The notes under the pieces were generated by a model. The model saw nothing but the letters and a program-made list of their open reading frames with translations, was not told the origin of the DNA and did not search any database. Shown here one piece after another: positions 10,041 through 19,366 of a stretch of 64,000 nt of DNA. Origin of the DNA: Myxococcota bacterium (GTDB lineage: Bacteria; Myxococcota_A; Polyangia; Polyangiales; Houyiibacteriaceae); the NCBI GenBank assembly GCA_039030515.1, contig JBCCEA010000021.1, positions 1 through 64,000 on the forward strand. Reading direction: 5' to 3'. Position 1 is the first letter of the stretch. The number at the start of each line of letters is the position of its first letter. The translations under genes were made by a program, and so were the position numbers.

Positions 10041-10949
10041 TCACCGAATCATCGTCTTTGTCGATTCCGACTCGGATCGTCCTTCGGTCAGCACTGGAAG
10101 ACTGCGAAACGACAACCGCTTGGGCAAGTTGTCGCTCTGCATCGCCAAACCCGAAAGAAGCTCTTGGTCCAGAAGGTGCGTTGCACGAACGTTTCCTAGG
10201 GCCGCCAACATGCTTTCGCGTATCTGCGGGATTTCATGCTCGAGCGAACGGAGCAACTCCTTGACCCTTTTCCGCCGAAGATGCTCCTGGGAACCACAGA
10301 GATTGCAGGGAAGTATGGGAAACGATTGCTGAGCCGCGAAACGGGAAATGCGATCTTCACTGCAGTACATCAGCGGCCTGATGACGCAGTTACGGCCATC
10401 TTGGCTTTGAAGCTTGGCCGGCATGGCGCCGAGCGATCCCGAAAACATCAGGTTGAGCAGCAGGGTTTCGATCGCGTCGTCTCGATGATGACCCAGTGCG
10501 ATCTTGTGACAACCAAGGTCTTCGGCGAGGTTGTAAAGCACTCCGCGTCTCAGTCGAGAACAGAGCGCGCAATAAGTACGCCCCTGTGGCACGCGCTCTT
10601 TCACGATGGAGTAGGTATCTTCCACAACCACCCGGAATGGGATGCCGCTATCTTCGAGAAACCTGGAAAGCGGCCGGCCGTCGTATCCGGGCTGTCCTTG
10701 ATCTAGATGGACCGCCAAAAGTTCAAAGGATACGGGAGATCTACGTCGCGCACGCTCGAGCAGATGCAGTAGAGTGTAGCTATCTTTTCCGCCACTCACG
10801 CCTACCAGGATCTTGTCACCCGATTCGATCAGATCGAAGTCTCGAATGCAGCGGCCCATCTCACGAGCCAACGAACGCTCCAGTATATCCTCGGAGGACA
10901 CCGTCGCCCATCTACTGGTGCTGAGCGACTCGAGCAAGCGAATGAGCAA
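10041..10949 (-). CDS. ttcA: tRNA 2-thiocytidine(32) synthetase
   Basis: PP-loop SGGKDS, CALCSRLRRG, LGHHRDD, IRPL, PCNLCGSQ; true start may be about 15 codons downstream. Confidence 0.93.
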   Translation of the reverse strand: MLIRLLESLSTSRWATVSSEDILERSLAREMGRCIRDFDLIESGDKILVGVSGGKDSYTLLHLLERARRRSPVSFELLAVHLDQGQPGYDGRPLSRFLEDSGIPFRVVVEDTYSIVKERVPQGRTYCALCSRLRRGVLYNLAEDLGCHKIALGHHRDDAIETLLLNLMFSGSLGAMPAKLQSQDGRNCVIRPLMYCSEDRISRFAAQQSFPILPCNLCGSQEHLRRKRVKELLRSLEHEIPQIRESMLAALGNVRATHLLDQELLSGLAMQSDNLPKRLSFRSLPVLTEGRSESESTKTMIR

Positions 10950-10993
10950 CCCGGGCTATACAGTGGTACACTCAAGCTCATGGGAGCTGCGCG

Positions 10994-12769
10994 ATGAGCA
11001 CCCACAAGGGCCATCCCGATCAGAGCGTAGATGACGTTCAATCACGTCCGGCAGCCAACACCTACACCGGGGTGAAGGAACGTCCACCATCGTTCAGTCG
11101 AGCGGATGCGACAGAGTTGGATCACCAGCCCACCCGCGAATCGCGCGTGTCGACGCAAGACTTAGAGAGCAAGTCGGTGGATCCCTGGATCGGGGCGGTG
11201 ATCGACGAACGCTATGAGGTTCTGGAGCTTCTGGGTGAAGGCGGCATGGGTCACGTCTACCTCGCTGAACACCTAAAGCTCAGGAAGAAAGTCGCCGTCA
11301 AAGTCATTCATCGGGACCTCGCGGGAATCGGAGAAGTGGCCACTCGTTTTGCGCGCGAAGCGGCGGCTGCCGCCAGGCTAGATCACCCACATGTCGCTGC
11401 CGCCCTGGACTACGGAACCCTCCCGGAGGGCGGCGCCTACCTCGTCATGCAGCTGGTGCGCGGAGAAAATCTTCAGTCGAGGATCGAGCGTGGTGGACCA
11501 TTCCCGTGGAGGACCGCTGTGGTGATCGCGGCACAAGTGGCGGACGCACTTACAGCTGCCCACGATGCCGGGGTGATCCATCGTGACCTCAAACCAGACA
11601 ATATCGTGCTGGAGCGGCGACGCAGCGGTAAGGAATTCGTCAAAGTCCTGGATTTCGGGATTGCCCGACTGATAGAGGAGGAATCTGAAGGCCTTCAGTC
11701 GAGTACTCCAGCGAAACCACTAACCCGAGCCGGCTCGGTCATGGGCACCCCTGGATATATGGCCCCGGAGCAGGCGGTGGGAGATACGGTCGATCCTCGT
11801 GCAGACCTATACGCCTTGGGGGTCATCCTTTGGGAAACGATCACGGGCAGACCGCTGTTCGATGAGGAGGAGCTAGCCAAGATCGTTTCTCGGCAGTTTT
11901 CCGAAACGCCGTTTTTGGTCAGCAAGGCTTCGAAAGACCGGAGCGTGCCGGAGGAGCTCGACCTCCTCGTCGCTCACCTCTTGAGCCCAAACCCGGGAGA
12001 CCGACCTCACTCCGCTTCAGAGGTTAGAGAGCGCCTGCAGCGACTAACGCGCGAATCTGACTCGATTTCAGCCTCAAACGAAATCGAAGAGGGCGATTCC
12101 GAACAGGCCTCGACTCTTCAGACGCGAACCCTACTGGAGACGGAGGCGCCGCAACTACCCGAAACGACAAGCGGCCCGAACCGGAGTTTTCACATCACGA
12201 CCCCCATGCGGGCCGCGATGATCTCGATGAGTGAGGTTGCCGAACAAGAGCCTCGCAATAGCAGGATTGTCCTCGGCTTGGTGGCACTTGGCCTCGCCAT
12301 GGTCACGACGATCGCTCTGATGATGGCCAACATCTATGGCGGTCCTTCTTCGGATGAACAAGCAACCATTGCACTTGAAGTCGACAGGGGTGTCCGCCAG
12401 CCAAACGCAAGACAAAGCTCAAAGCGATCCAAACTATCGGCCGGAGTAAATACCCGAATTTCAACCATGCTGGACTCTCTAAAGCGCGAGCAACGAAAAC
12501 AGGCGGCTCGTTGGATCCTCAGTCGACAAGAGGAGGAGGTGATTCCTCCTTTCGCCATCGCCGTAGCACGCCTGGAAACCTCACGATCCTGCCGTGCAAA
12601 GAGGGAGGCGATTCGCCAAATGGGCTCCCTCGGTGATCGGAGGGCGCTGGTCACCCTCAACCGAACAGCGGCGCTCCCCAAACGCGGATGCGGCACCTCG
12701 AATCGAGAAGACTGTTACGCTTGCTTGAGGTCCGATGTGACGAATGCGATCGAGGCACTCTCCCGGTAG
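10994..12769 (+). CDS. Hanks-type Ser/Thr protein kinase, membrane-anchored
   Basis: LGEGGMGHVY, VAVK, HRDLKPDN, DFG, GTPGYMAPE; one TM helix then a helical Cys-containing C-terminal domain. Confidence 0.93.
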   Translation: MSTHKGHPDQSVDDVQSRPAANTYTGVKERPPSFSRADATELDHQPTRESRVSTQDLESKSVDPWIGAVIDERYEVLELLGEGGMGHVYLAEHLKLRKKVAVKVIHRDLAGIGEVATRFAREAAAAARLDHPHVAAALDYGTLPEGGAYLVMQLVRGENLQSRIERGGPFPWRTAVVIAAQVADALTAAHDAGVIHRDLKPDNIVLERRRSGKEFVKVLDFGIARLIEEESEGLQSSTPAKPLTRAGSVMGTPGYMAPEQAVGDTVDPRADLYALGVILWETITGRPLFDEEELAKIVSRQFSETPFLVSKASKDRSVPEELDLLVAHLLSPNPGDRPHSASEVRERLQRLTRESDSISASNEIEEGDSEQASTLQTRTLLETEAPQLPETTSGPNRSFHITTPMRAAMISMSEVAEQEPRNSRIVLGLVALGLAMVTTIALMMANIYGGPSSDEQATIALEVDRGVRQPNARQSSKRSKLSAGVNTRISTMLDSLKREQRKQAARWILSRQEEEVIPPFAIAVARLETSRSCRAKREAIRQMGSLGDRRALVTLNRTAALPKRGCGTSNREDCYACLRSDVTNAIEALSR

Positions 12770-12803
12770 AGCCGACTCTTCCAGCAGAGCTAGGGCGAGA
12801 CAG

Positions 12804-14078
12804 CTATTCCGAACTCAAACGAACCTCAACGGCTCTTGCATGAGCTTCCAAGCCCTCAAGACGTGCAAGCTCTGTGAGTAAATCTTTCTGTTCTCGGAGA
12901 GCTTGCTTTGAGTATCGAATCAACGAAGTTCGAACCATGAAATCGTAGACCCCAAGAGGTGAAGAAAACCGGGCTGCACCTCCGGTGGGCAAGACATGAC
13001 TCGGCCCAGCCGCGTAGTCTCCAGCGGTTTCGGGAGTGTGGTGTCCGAGAAACACAGCTCCAACTGAATGGATACCGTCCAAAAGAGAGTCTGGATCTTG
13101 CACGGCGAGGCATAGGTGCTCGATCGCGAGTTGGTCGGCAACCCGCGCTGCTTCAGCCCGATCGCCACAGACAAACCCGTGCCCGTTACGGGTAAGAGCC
13201 GCCTCGGCAATGGTTCGCCTGGGCAACTTCTCGAGCTGCGTTGCGAGCTCACCAACGACGGCTTCCGCCTTTTCTCGCGAGAAAGTGATCAGCAATGGGT
13301 ATGCGTCCTCGTCATGCTCTGCCTGAGCAAGAAGGTCGGCGGCTACCGCGACGGGATCCGCATCGTCGCCCGCTACGACCAACACCTCACTCGGTCCGGC
13401 GATCGAGTCGATCGCCACGGTGCCGAACACAAGCCGTTTTGCGCAAGCCACATAGATATTGCCCGGTCCAACGATCTTATCCACACGCGCCACCGACTCG
13501 GTTCCGTATGCCAGAGCCGCGATCGCCTGCGCTCCCCCCACGTCCACGACTTCGGTGACGCCGGCGATGGAGGCTGCCGCAAGCACCTCCGGGGTTGGGC
13601 TAGGGGTCGCCAGTACAATACGTTTGACGCCCGCAACCTGAGCAGGGATCGCCGTCATCAACACGGTCGACGGGTAGCGCGCTTTACCCCCGGGAGCATA
13701 AAGCCCTACCGAACGAATCGGGCGAACCCGTTGACCGAGCTCGATTCCTTGAGACGCATAGCGAAATCCAGATTCTCGCTGATGTCTGTGGTAGGCGCGC
13801 ACTCGTTCGGCGGCTTCCCGAAGGCAGTCGCTCAACCGCGGCGAGATCTCTCTTGATTGTTGTTGCCATTCTGTAGTCGGCACTACCAGTTGCGATAGGG
13901 TTCGAGCCTCGAACTGGTTGACGTAGCGCCGCACAGCAACGTCTCCTTCACGCGCTACTCCGTCAAGAATTGCCTGCACGGCAGGTTCCACCCGCTGCAG
14001 ATCTGCGTCTCCCCGGCGCGAGAGAAGGCGCAAGGCTTGGTCGTAAGAGGCTTGGCCTCGCTCATGAACGTTCAGCAC
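12804..14078 (-). CDS. hisD: Histidinol dehydrogenase
   Basis: GLYAPGG..YPSTVLM, GGAQAIAALAYGT, KIVGPGNIYV, AGPSE, AQAEHD, GDYAAGPSHVLPT. Confidence 0.96.
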   Translation of the reverse strand: MLNVHERGQASYDQALRLLSRRGDADLQRVEPAVQAILDGVAREGDVAVRRYVNQFEARTLSQLVVPTTEWQQQSREISPRLSDCLREAAERVRAYHRHQRESGFRYASQGIELGQRVRPIRSVGLYAPGGKARYPSTVLMTAIPAQVAGVKRIVLATPSPTPEVLAAASIAGVTEVVDVGGAQAIAALAYGTESVARVDKIVGPGNIYVACAKRLVFGTVAIDSIAGPSEVLVVAGDDADPVAVAADLLAQAEHDEDAYPLLITFSREKAEAVVGELATQLEKLPRRTIAEAALTRNGHGFVCGDRAEAARVADQLAIEHLCLAVQDPDSLLDGIHSVGAVFLGHHTPETAGDYAAGPSHVLPTGGAARFSSPLGVYDFMVRTSLIRYSKQALREQKDLLTELARLEGLEAHARAVEVRLSSE

Positions 14079-14312
14079 GCTTGCATGCTGTGCGGGAGGA
14101 CGAGGTCTCGCAAGCGAGTAACCCGGAGTCGAAACCGAAACCCCATCAACCGAAACCTCACCAGGTACAGTAGAACGCGGCTCCGAGGTATTCCTCAGCG
14201 GTCACGACCAAGACCCTTTTGAGTGGTGAGCCCCAAAAAGCTCAAAAAAGAGCCAGCACAGCAGGTTCTCGCAAGGCTGGAGCTGTGACATTATCTATGA
14301 AGTGCGGCGAGT

Positions 14313-16031
14313 TTGCTCATGAACGACGTGCCCAAACCCCGTGCCGAAGGGGACCTCTCCAAGACCCCTTTTGCGCATCTCTTACTCTACGTGCTTCGCA
14401 AGCAACTATCCGGAACTCTTGCGATATGGCCCGAGCAACTCCGCACAGCCACCGAAGGCCCCGCACCCAAAGGTCAGGACCGAGTGCGGTTCCTGCATGG
14501 AGTTCCTGTCGCAGCAAAGCTGATCGAGCCACGTGCACAGCTCGATACGAGTTTGCTGCCTCTCTGTCGACGTCAACAAGCCCCATACGCCTTCTACAAG
14601 GAGGACTACGTCGGTGCCGGCGAGGGAGTTGTCGAAGGTCGCGTCGATCCGTATGTCGTCGTGGCGGCGGCATCCCGAGGCCCCCTGCGCGACCTCATCA
14701 TCGAGCGCGTCCTCGCTGGTCTACACGATGCGCCGCTGGGCACGACAAACAAGGAACTGCTCGATAGACTCCAGCTCAATCAGAGGGAACTCCGGTTTGT
14801 CGAATACATACGCTCCAGTCACAGAACACCGACCCAGTTGATCGCGGGCTGGGAGGACAGCAAGCTCGCCCGTCGTCTCATGTATCTCTTGGCGATTTGC
14901 CACTGTATCGAACCACTTACGCAGGCCGGTCCAGATTCCAGAACGTCCCAGGCATCGCGTGCGATGGACAGTTCTCAGCACGGGGCGTCTCACAAGCCCG
15001 GCTCGAAGACTCCCGGGCGGTTGAGCCACCCATCCGCGGCGCGCGATCCATCGCAGAGAGCGGGCGATCCATCGCAGAGAGCGGCACGGGGCGCCGTCAA
15101 AGGAACGAGAGAAAAACAAGCTGGACCGCCTGGAGATCGTAAGGGTGCTACGCAACCACCGCAGGCTCCCAAGAACCTTTCTCAAGACTTACAAACACGC
15201 TGGAGGCGCATCACTGCAAAGGTACAGGATATGGACGAGCAAAATTACTTTCAGATGCTCTCCCTAGACACTACCGCAAACGCAGCAGACGTGGAGCAGG
15301 CCTACCTCACTCAGGTAAAGGAGTGGCATCCCGATAGGCTACCTGAGGAGTTGAAAGAACTGCGTCCGTGGGCCGACCAGATCTTTCACCATATGACTGA
15401 AGCGAAGAATCATCTCACGGACGAAGAAACCCGTCGCAAACACATCGACGCAGTTCGAGATGGCGGCGGTACGCCCAAGGCAGAGCGACAAATCCAGGCG
15501 GTCGTTGGTGCAGCCATGGAATTTCAGAAAGTAGAAGTGCTGGTTCGCCGGCGGGAATGGCAAGAGGCTCTGGACACCCTCAATACCGCTTTGGAAATGA
15601 ACAACGAGGATCCCGATATGCACGCGATGCTCGGATTCATCTTATACCAGCTCAACCCAGAAGACAGAGAGGTGCAGCGAAATAGCACCCTTGAGGCTCT
15701 GAACCACGCACTGGAGATCAACCCGGACTGCGAACAAGCTCTTTACACCAAGGGACTCGTTCTCAAAAGGACGGGAGACAAACCGGCCGCGATCAAACTC
15801 TTCAAAAAGGTAATTGCGCGAAATCCCCGGCACATTGAAGCCGTGCGTGAGGTGCGATTGGCCACAATGCGTGGGGAAACCAAGCTCAGCGGACGTCCCA
15901 CCGGAAGACCCTCGGCAACGCCGAGCAAGAGACCTGACGGTAAGCACAGCGGACGTCCTTCGAGATCCTCGGCAACCACAAGCGCCAGCGGAGGATTTCT
16001 TTCCAAACTGTTTGGAGGCAAAAAGAGCTGA
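14313..16031 (+). CDS. J-domain + TPR protein with N-terminal myxobacterial domain
   Basis: NYFQML....A...V..AY....KEWHPD J motif, TPR-like repeats, GDLSKTPFAHLL N-terminus; 21-bp tandem duplication near 15043-15083. Confidence 0.85.
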   Translation: MLMNDVPKPRAEGDLSKTPFAHLLLYVLRKQLSGTLAIWPEQLRTATEGPAPKGQDRVRFLHGVPVAAKLIEPRAQLDTSLLPLCRRQQAPYAFYKEDYVGAGEGVVEGRVDPYVVVAAASRGPLRDLIIERVLAGLHDAPLGTTNKELLDRLQLNQRELRFVEYIRSSHRTPTQLIAGWEDSKLARRLMYLLAICHCIEPLTQAGPDSRTSQASRAMDSSQHGASHKPGSKTPGRLSHPSAARDPSQRAGDPSQRAARGAVKGTREKQAGPPGDRKGATQPPQAPKNLSQDLQTRWRRITAKVQDMDEQNYFQMLSLDTTANAADVEQAYLTQVKEWHPDRLPEELKELRPWADQIFHHMTEAKNHLTDEETRRKHIDAVRDGGGTPKAERQIQAVVGAAMEFQKVEVLVRRREWQEALDTLNTALEMNNEDPDMHAMLGFILYQLNPEDREVQRNSTLEALNHALEINPDCEQALYTKGLVLKRTGDKPAAIKLFKKVIARNPRHIEAVREVRLATMRGETKLSGRPTGRPSATPSKRPDGKHSGRPSRSSATTSASGGFLSKLFGGKKS

Positions 16032-16070
16032 GTCCTGATGCGGTTTCAGCCGGCCACCGGAATCGATCGA

Positions 16071-17390
16071 CTACCGAGGCTCCTCGGCTGCCGAGACCTG
16101 CTCAGACTCCACTCGAGGTCGCACTTCGGTCGCCCAGGCGTAGAGCGTACCGTCATCGGCCCCCACCACCAGCTGGGCCTCGGCAGGCAATGAAGGTGTG
16201 CCGTCGACGTCAGCTCTCGTGGGAAAAGCAAATCGAAATTGACCGTTCGATTCCAGGGCATAGACGTGCTCATCAAAGGCCCCAAAGAAAATCCTGCCCT
16301 CGCGATCGATGACGACACCGGACTCAACTCCCACCTGAGCAGAGTCGGCGAGCTCAATGGGAAAGTACCAAACGAGCTGACCCGTCGCGCCATCGAGCGC
16401 AGTCAATCTGGGTCGCGGCCCCATAACTCCCGCAATCACGAGCTGGTCTAGACCAAGACCGAGGGGTGCGCGGACAAAACCTCCGAGATCTTCCGACTTC
16501 CAGCGCAGCGTTCCATCTCGGGCGAGCGCATAAACGCGACCATCATCAGAGCCGTAATAGATCGTCCCGTCGTCACCGATCGCAGGAGCTGCATCGTTGT
16601 CCCCGTTGGTTTTGAATCGCCAACGCAGTTGACCCGAGCGATCTACCGCATAGAGGTGATCGTCTTGAGCTCCAAAGTATAAGGTGCCGTCGAATCCGAT
16701 AGCCGGGGTTGAGAAGATCTTCTCTGCAGCCTCAAATCGCCATTGCACCGTCCCATCATGGAGGATGGCCCAGAGATCTGATCCTGCGGCAAAGTACACC
16801 AGGCCTTCAGCTCCCTCGACAATGCCGGTATCGGCGTCACCACGCGTCGGTACGCTAAAAGGGCGAGATCCGTCCGCGGAAAACGCATGAAGTCGATCGC
16901 CATCGCAGCCCACGTAGATCAGGCCGTTTTTACCTACAAGAGCGGTTGAATATACCGCGGCTCCGAGGTCCGCCTTCCATCTCAACGCGCCCTGCGCATC
17001 AACCGAGTAAAAGGTTCCTGCGAGGGTTCCGAAATAGGCACTTCCATCCGAATCAAACACCGGCTGAGCCTTGATCGGTCCATCCGCCTGAAACGTCCAC
17101 AGGAGCGTGGCTGATTCTGGCCCCCGGAAGGAACTCCTGCCCGTGTGTCGAAGGCCTCCTCGAAAAAGCGCTGGGGCGCCGTGAGGCGCATGCGTCGTGA
17201 GGGATCCTTGAACCTCGAAGGGGCCGACAGCCTCTACAGATGTCGGATCGACGTAGCGCGTGACCGGGTACCCTTCCGACAGACGCACCCAGGGCTCCTC
17301 TTCGGGAGCCGTGACGACCATCACCCCGATGACCGCAAAAGACGCTGTCCACATGAGCGCCGTCAAAATAAGCCTTTGCTGCTGCGTCAC
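16071..17390 (-). CDS. PQQ-like beta-propeller repeat protein (BamB-like), N-terminal anchor
   Basis: Repeated PAIG.DGT.Y.G..D..LYA....G..RW.F blades. Confidence 0.85.
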   Translation of the reverse strand: MTQQQRLILTALMWTASFAVIGVMVVTAPEEEPWVRLSEGYPVTRYVDPTSVEAVGPFEVQGSLTTHAPHGAPALFRGGLRHTGRSSFRGPESATLLWTFQADGPIKAQPVFDSDGSAYFGTLAGTFYSVDAQGALRWKADLGAAVYSTALVGKNGLIYVGCDGDRLHAFSADGSRPFSVPTRGDADTGIVEGAEGLVYFAAGSDLWAILHDGTVQWRFEAAEKIFSTPAIGFDGTLYFGAQDDHLYAVDRSGQLRWRFKTNGDNDAAPAIGDDGTIYYGSDDGRVYALARDGTLRWKSEDLGGFVRAPLGLGLDQLVIAGVMGPRPRLTALDGATGQLVWYFPIELADSAQVGVESGVVIDREGRIFFGAFDEHVYALESNGQFRFAFPTRADVDGTPSLPAEAQLVVGADDGTLYAWATEVRPRVESEQVSAAEEPR

Positions 17391-17531
17391 GCGGGCGCCT
17401 TACCAGAGGAGGGTGGCGCCCGCCATGTCGCCCCCTGGCGAACGACGGCATCCAGCATCGATTTACCCTGGAATTACCGCTTTTCTTTCTCGGCACCGAT
17501 CTTGCCGCTCATGAGTTTTTGGAGGAACCAA

Positions 17532-18263
17532 ATGAGCACAGACCGACCCGGCGAAAATCCCTCGGAGAACGATTCCAACTGGCGACCACATCAGTTTCCC
17601 AGCTCAGACTGCAGCGATGCAGAGCTGCTTGCATCGATTCTAAAAGGCGGAGGGCGCTACGGGACCGGACTTCAAACAGCAAAGCAGCTGCTAGATTCGG
17701 CCCGAGATCTTCGTTCGCTCTGCCGAATGAGCGCTTCGGAACTGATGCGCACCCCGCAACTAGGCAGGGCGAAAGCATCGCGACTGCTTGCAGCGTTCGA
17801 AATCGGGCGGCGTGCGGTGACGGAGCCCTTACGAAACGATAGAGCGCTCACCTCAAGCAGAGAGGTCTATGGGGCGCTCGCTCCAAGGCTATCCGGGGAG
17901 ACGCGTGAACACTTGCTCGCGATTCCACTCGATGCCCGTGGGCGACCTTTGAAAAGCGTCACGGTCGCGATCGGCGGGCTAAATTCCTGCGCCATCACCC
18001 CCGCAGAGGTCTTTCGACAGGTGCTTCCGTCCGCCGCAAGCGAGGTCATTGTGGTTCACAATCACCCCAGCGGCGACCCTCATCCAAGCCCACAGGACTG
18101 CTCATTCACCATGCAGATATTCGAGGCTGGTGAAATTCTGGGCATCCCGCTCGTAGACCATGTGATCATTGGCCACGGAGCGTACTTCTCATTTCGAGAC
18201 GAGGGATATCTTGATGGGATGTTCCGATCCGGCAACCCTTCAGATGCTGCACCTACGCCATAG
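17532..18263 (+). CDS. radC: RadC/JAB-domain protein
   Basis: GGAGG RBS at 17521 before ATG 17532; SDAELLA.IL, AFEIGRR, HNHPSG...PS..D, LVDHVII. Confidence 0.9.
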   Translation: MSTDRPGENPSENDSNWRPHQFPSSDCSDAELLASILKGGGRYGTGLQTAKQLLDSARDLRSLCRMSASELMRTPQLGRAKASRLLAAFEIGRRAVTEPLRNDRALTSSREVYGALAPRLSGETREHLLAIPLDARGRPLKSVTVAIGGLNSCAITPAEVFRQVLPSAASEVIVVHNHPSGDPHPSPQDCSFTMQIFEAGEILGIPLVDHVIIGHGAYFSFRDEGYLDGMFRSGNPSDAAPTP

Positions 18264-18339
18264 ACCGTCCTCGAAATCGACCCAAATGCCCTCTGCAACT
18301 CGCGGTGATGCACCGCCCTGGGGACAGCTGGGTTCCACC

Positions 18340-18368
18340 TTGACAGCCTAGAGGCACCATGCTTTGTT
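18340..18368 (+). promoter_or_regulatory. Possible sigma70 promoter of rpmH
   Basis: TTGACA at 18340-18345, then 17 bp to a weak -10 (TGC-TTTGTT). Confidence 0.35.
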
Positions 18369-18400
18369 GCCGAGCTCTTTTGCGCACCTAAGGAACAGCG

Positions 18401-18550
18401 ATGAAGCGCACCTACCAACCCCATCGACGACGACGTATCCGAAAACACGGATTTCGAGCGCGTATGAAAACTGCGGCCGGCCGTAAAACGCTTCAAGATC
18501 GTCGACGCAAGGGCCGTCTACGTCTCGCATGCACCGTCTACTCAAAATAG
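18401..18550 (+). CDS. rpmH: 50S ribosomal protein L34 (below the ORF-track length cutoff)
   Basis: Hand translation [57 protein letters not shown]; upstream of rnpA. Confidence 0.97.
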   Translation: MKRTYQPHRRRRIRKHGFRARMKTAAGRKTLQDRRRKGRLRLACTVYSK

Positions 18551-18941
18551 CGTTCAGTGGAACTCCCGCAGTCGATACTCAACATAAGATGCAAGGAGAA
18601 GCGCTTAGAAAAGCATCTGTTCCGAAGATCTTGGCAGACTCCAGAGTCAGAATCGCCAGCTGTTGACCGAGCTCTGGCGTGTGGTGCTGCGTATGGTTGA
18701 TCTCGGTGTAATGGTTACAAAGAAGCAGCGCGCGGAATCGATTGGTTTCGGCAGTTGTAAGCCTTTCTCTCAGGTCTGAACTGCTCCTCAAAGTCACGGC
18801 AGGGTTAGGCCTAAGCCACAATCGACTTGAGTCAGATCATCTCTGTGTTCGAATGTGTACACGGTACGCTCCCACCGATCGATGACTCGAACACTTCACG
18901 CGGCATGCATTTTGAATCCTCGACCCTCTACGGTCGCTCTT

Positions 18942-19361
18942 ATGAACCCTGAATTTCGGCACCAAGGCGACGGCAAGATCACTGCCTTGGACTGCTCTTT
19001 TCCAAAAACTTTACGTCTACGGCATCGTTCTGAGTTTCTTCATACACAGCGCACGGGTACGCGCGTCCACACCGCCAACTTTGTCATCGTGATCTGTTCC
19101 AACAAGCACAACACCAGCCGTTTAGGAATTACGGTCACCAAGAAAGTGGCTGGCTCGGTTGGGCGAAACCGTATTAAGCGTGCGGTAAGAGAAGTATTTC
19201 GCTGTTCTATTTCACTCTTCCCGGCACGATGCGATTGCGTGGTTATAGCCAAAAGAGGTGCGCGTCATCTCGCTCCCTGCGCGGTCGCACAAGAGCTGTC
19301 TAAGGCAGGCCGAGCAATGCAGCGGGCTCGGCACCGCGCGATGGCCAACGCTCAGAGCTGA
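18942..19361 (+). CDS. rnpA: Ribonuclease P protein component
   Basis: FPKTLRL...EF, RLGITVTKKV..SVGRNRIKR..RE.FR; start uncertain. Confidence 0.93.
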   Translation: MNPEFRHQGDGKITALDCSFPKTLRLRHRSEFLHTQRTGTRVHTANFVIVICSNKHNTSRLGITVTKKVAGSVGRNRIKRAVREVFRCSISLFPARCDCVVIAKRGARHLAPCAVAQELSKAGRAMQRARHRAMANAQS

Positions 19362-19366
19362 GATCC

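Noticed and set aside
13477..13486. Perfect DnaA box TTATCCACA as a sign of oriC
   Set aside because: Single copy inside hisD; the gaps near rpmH, rsmG and 30100-30310 show only poor matches.
17145..17531. Long N-terminal extensions in the ORF track (radC, 47635-49725, 50030-51631, 60549-61997, 36156-36980)
   Set aside because: They overlap neighbouring genes or promoters; downstream starts with RBS or stop/start coupling fit better.
17532..18263. radC as a marker of a mobile element or defence island
   Set aside because: Full-length chromosomal type among housekeeping genes; no integrase, att site or cargo.
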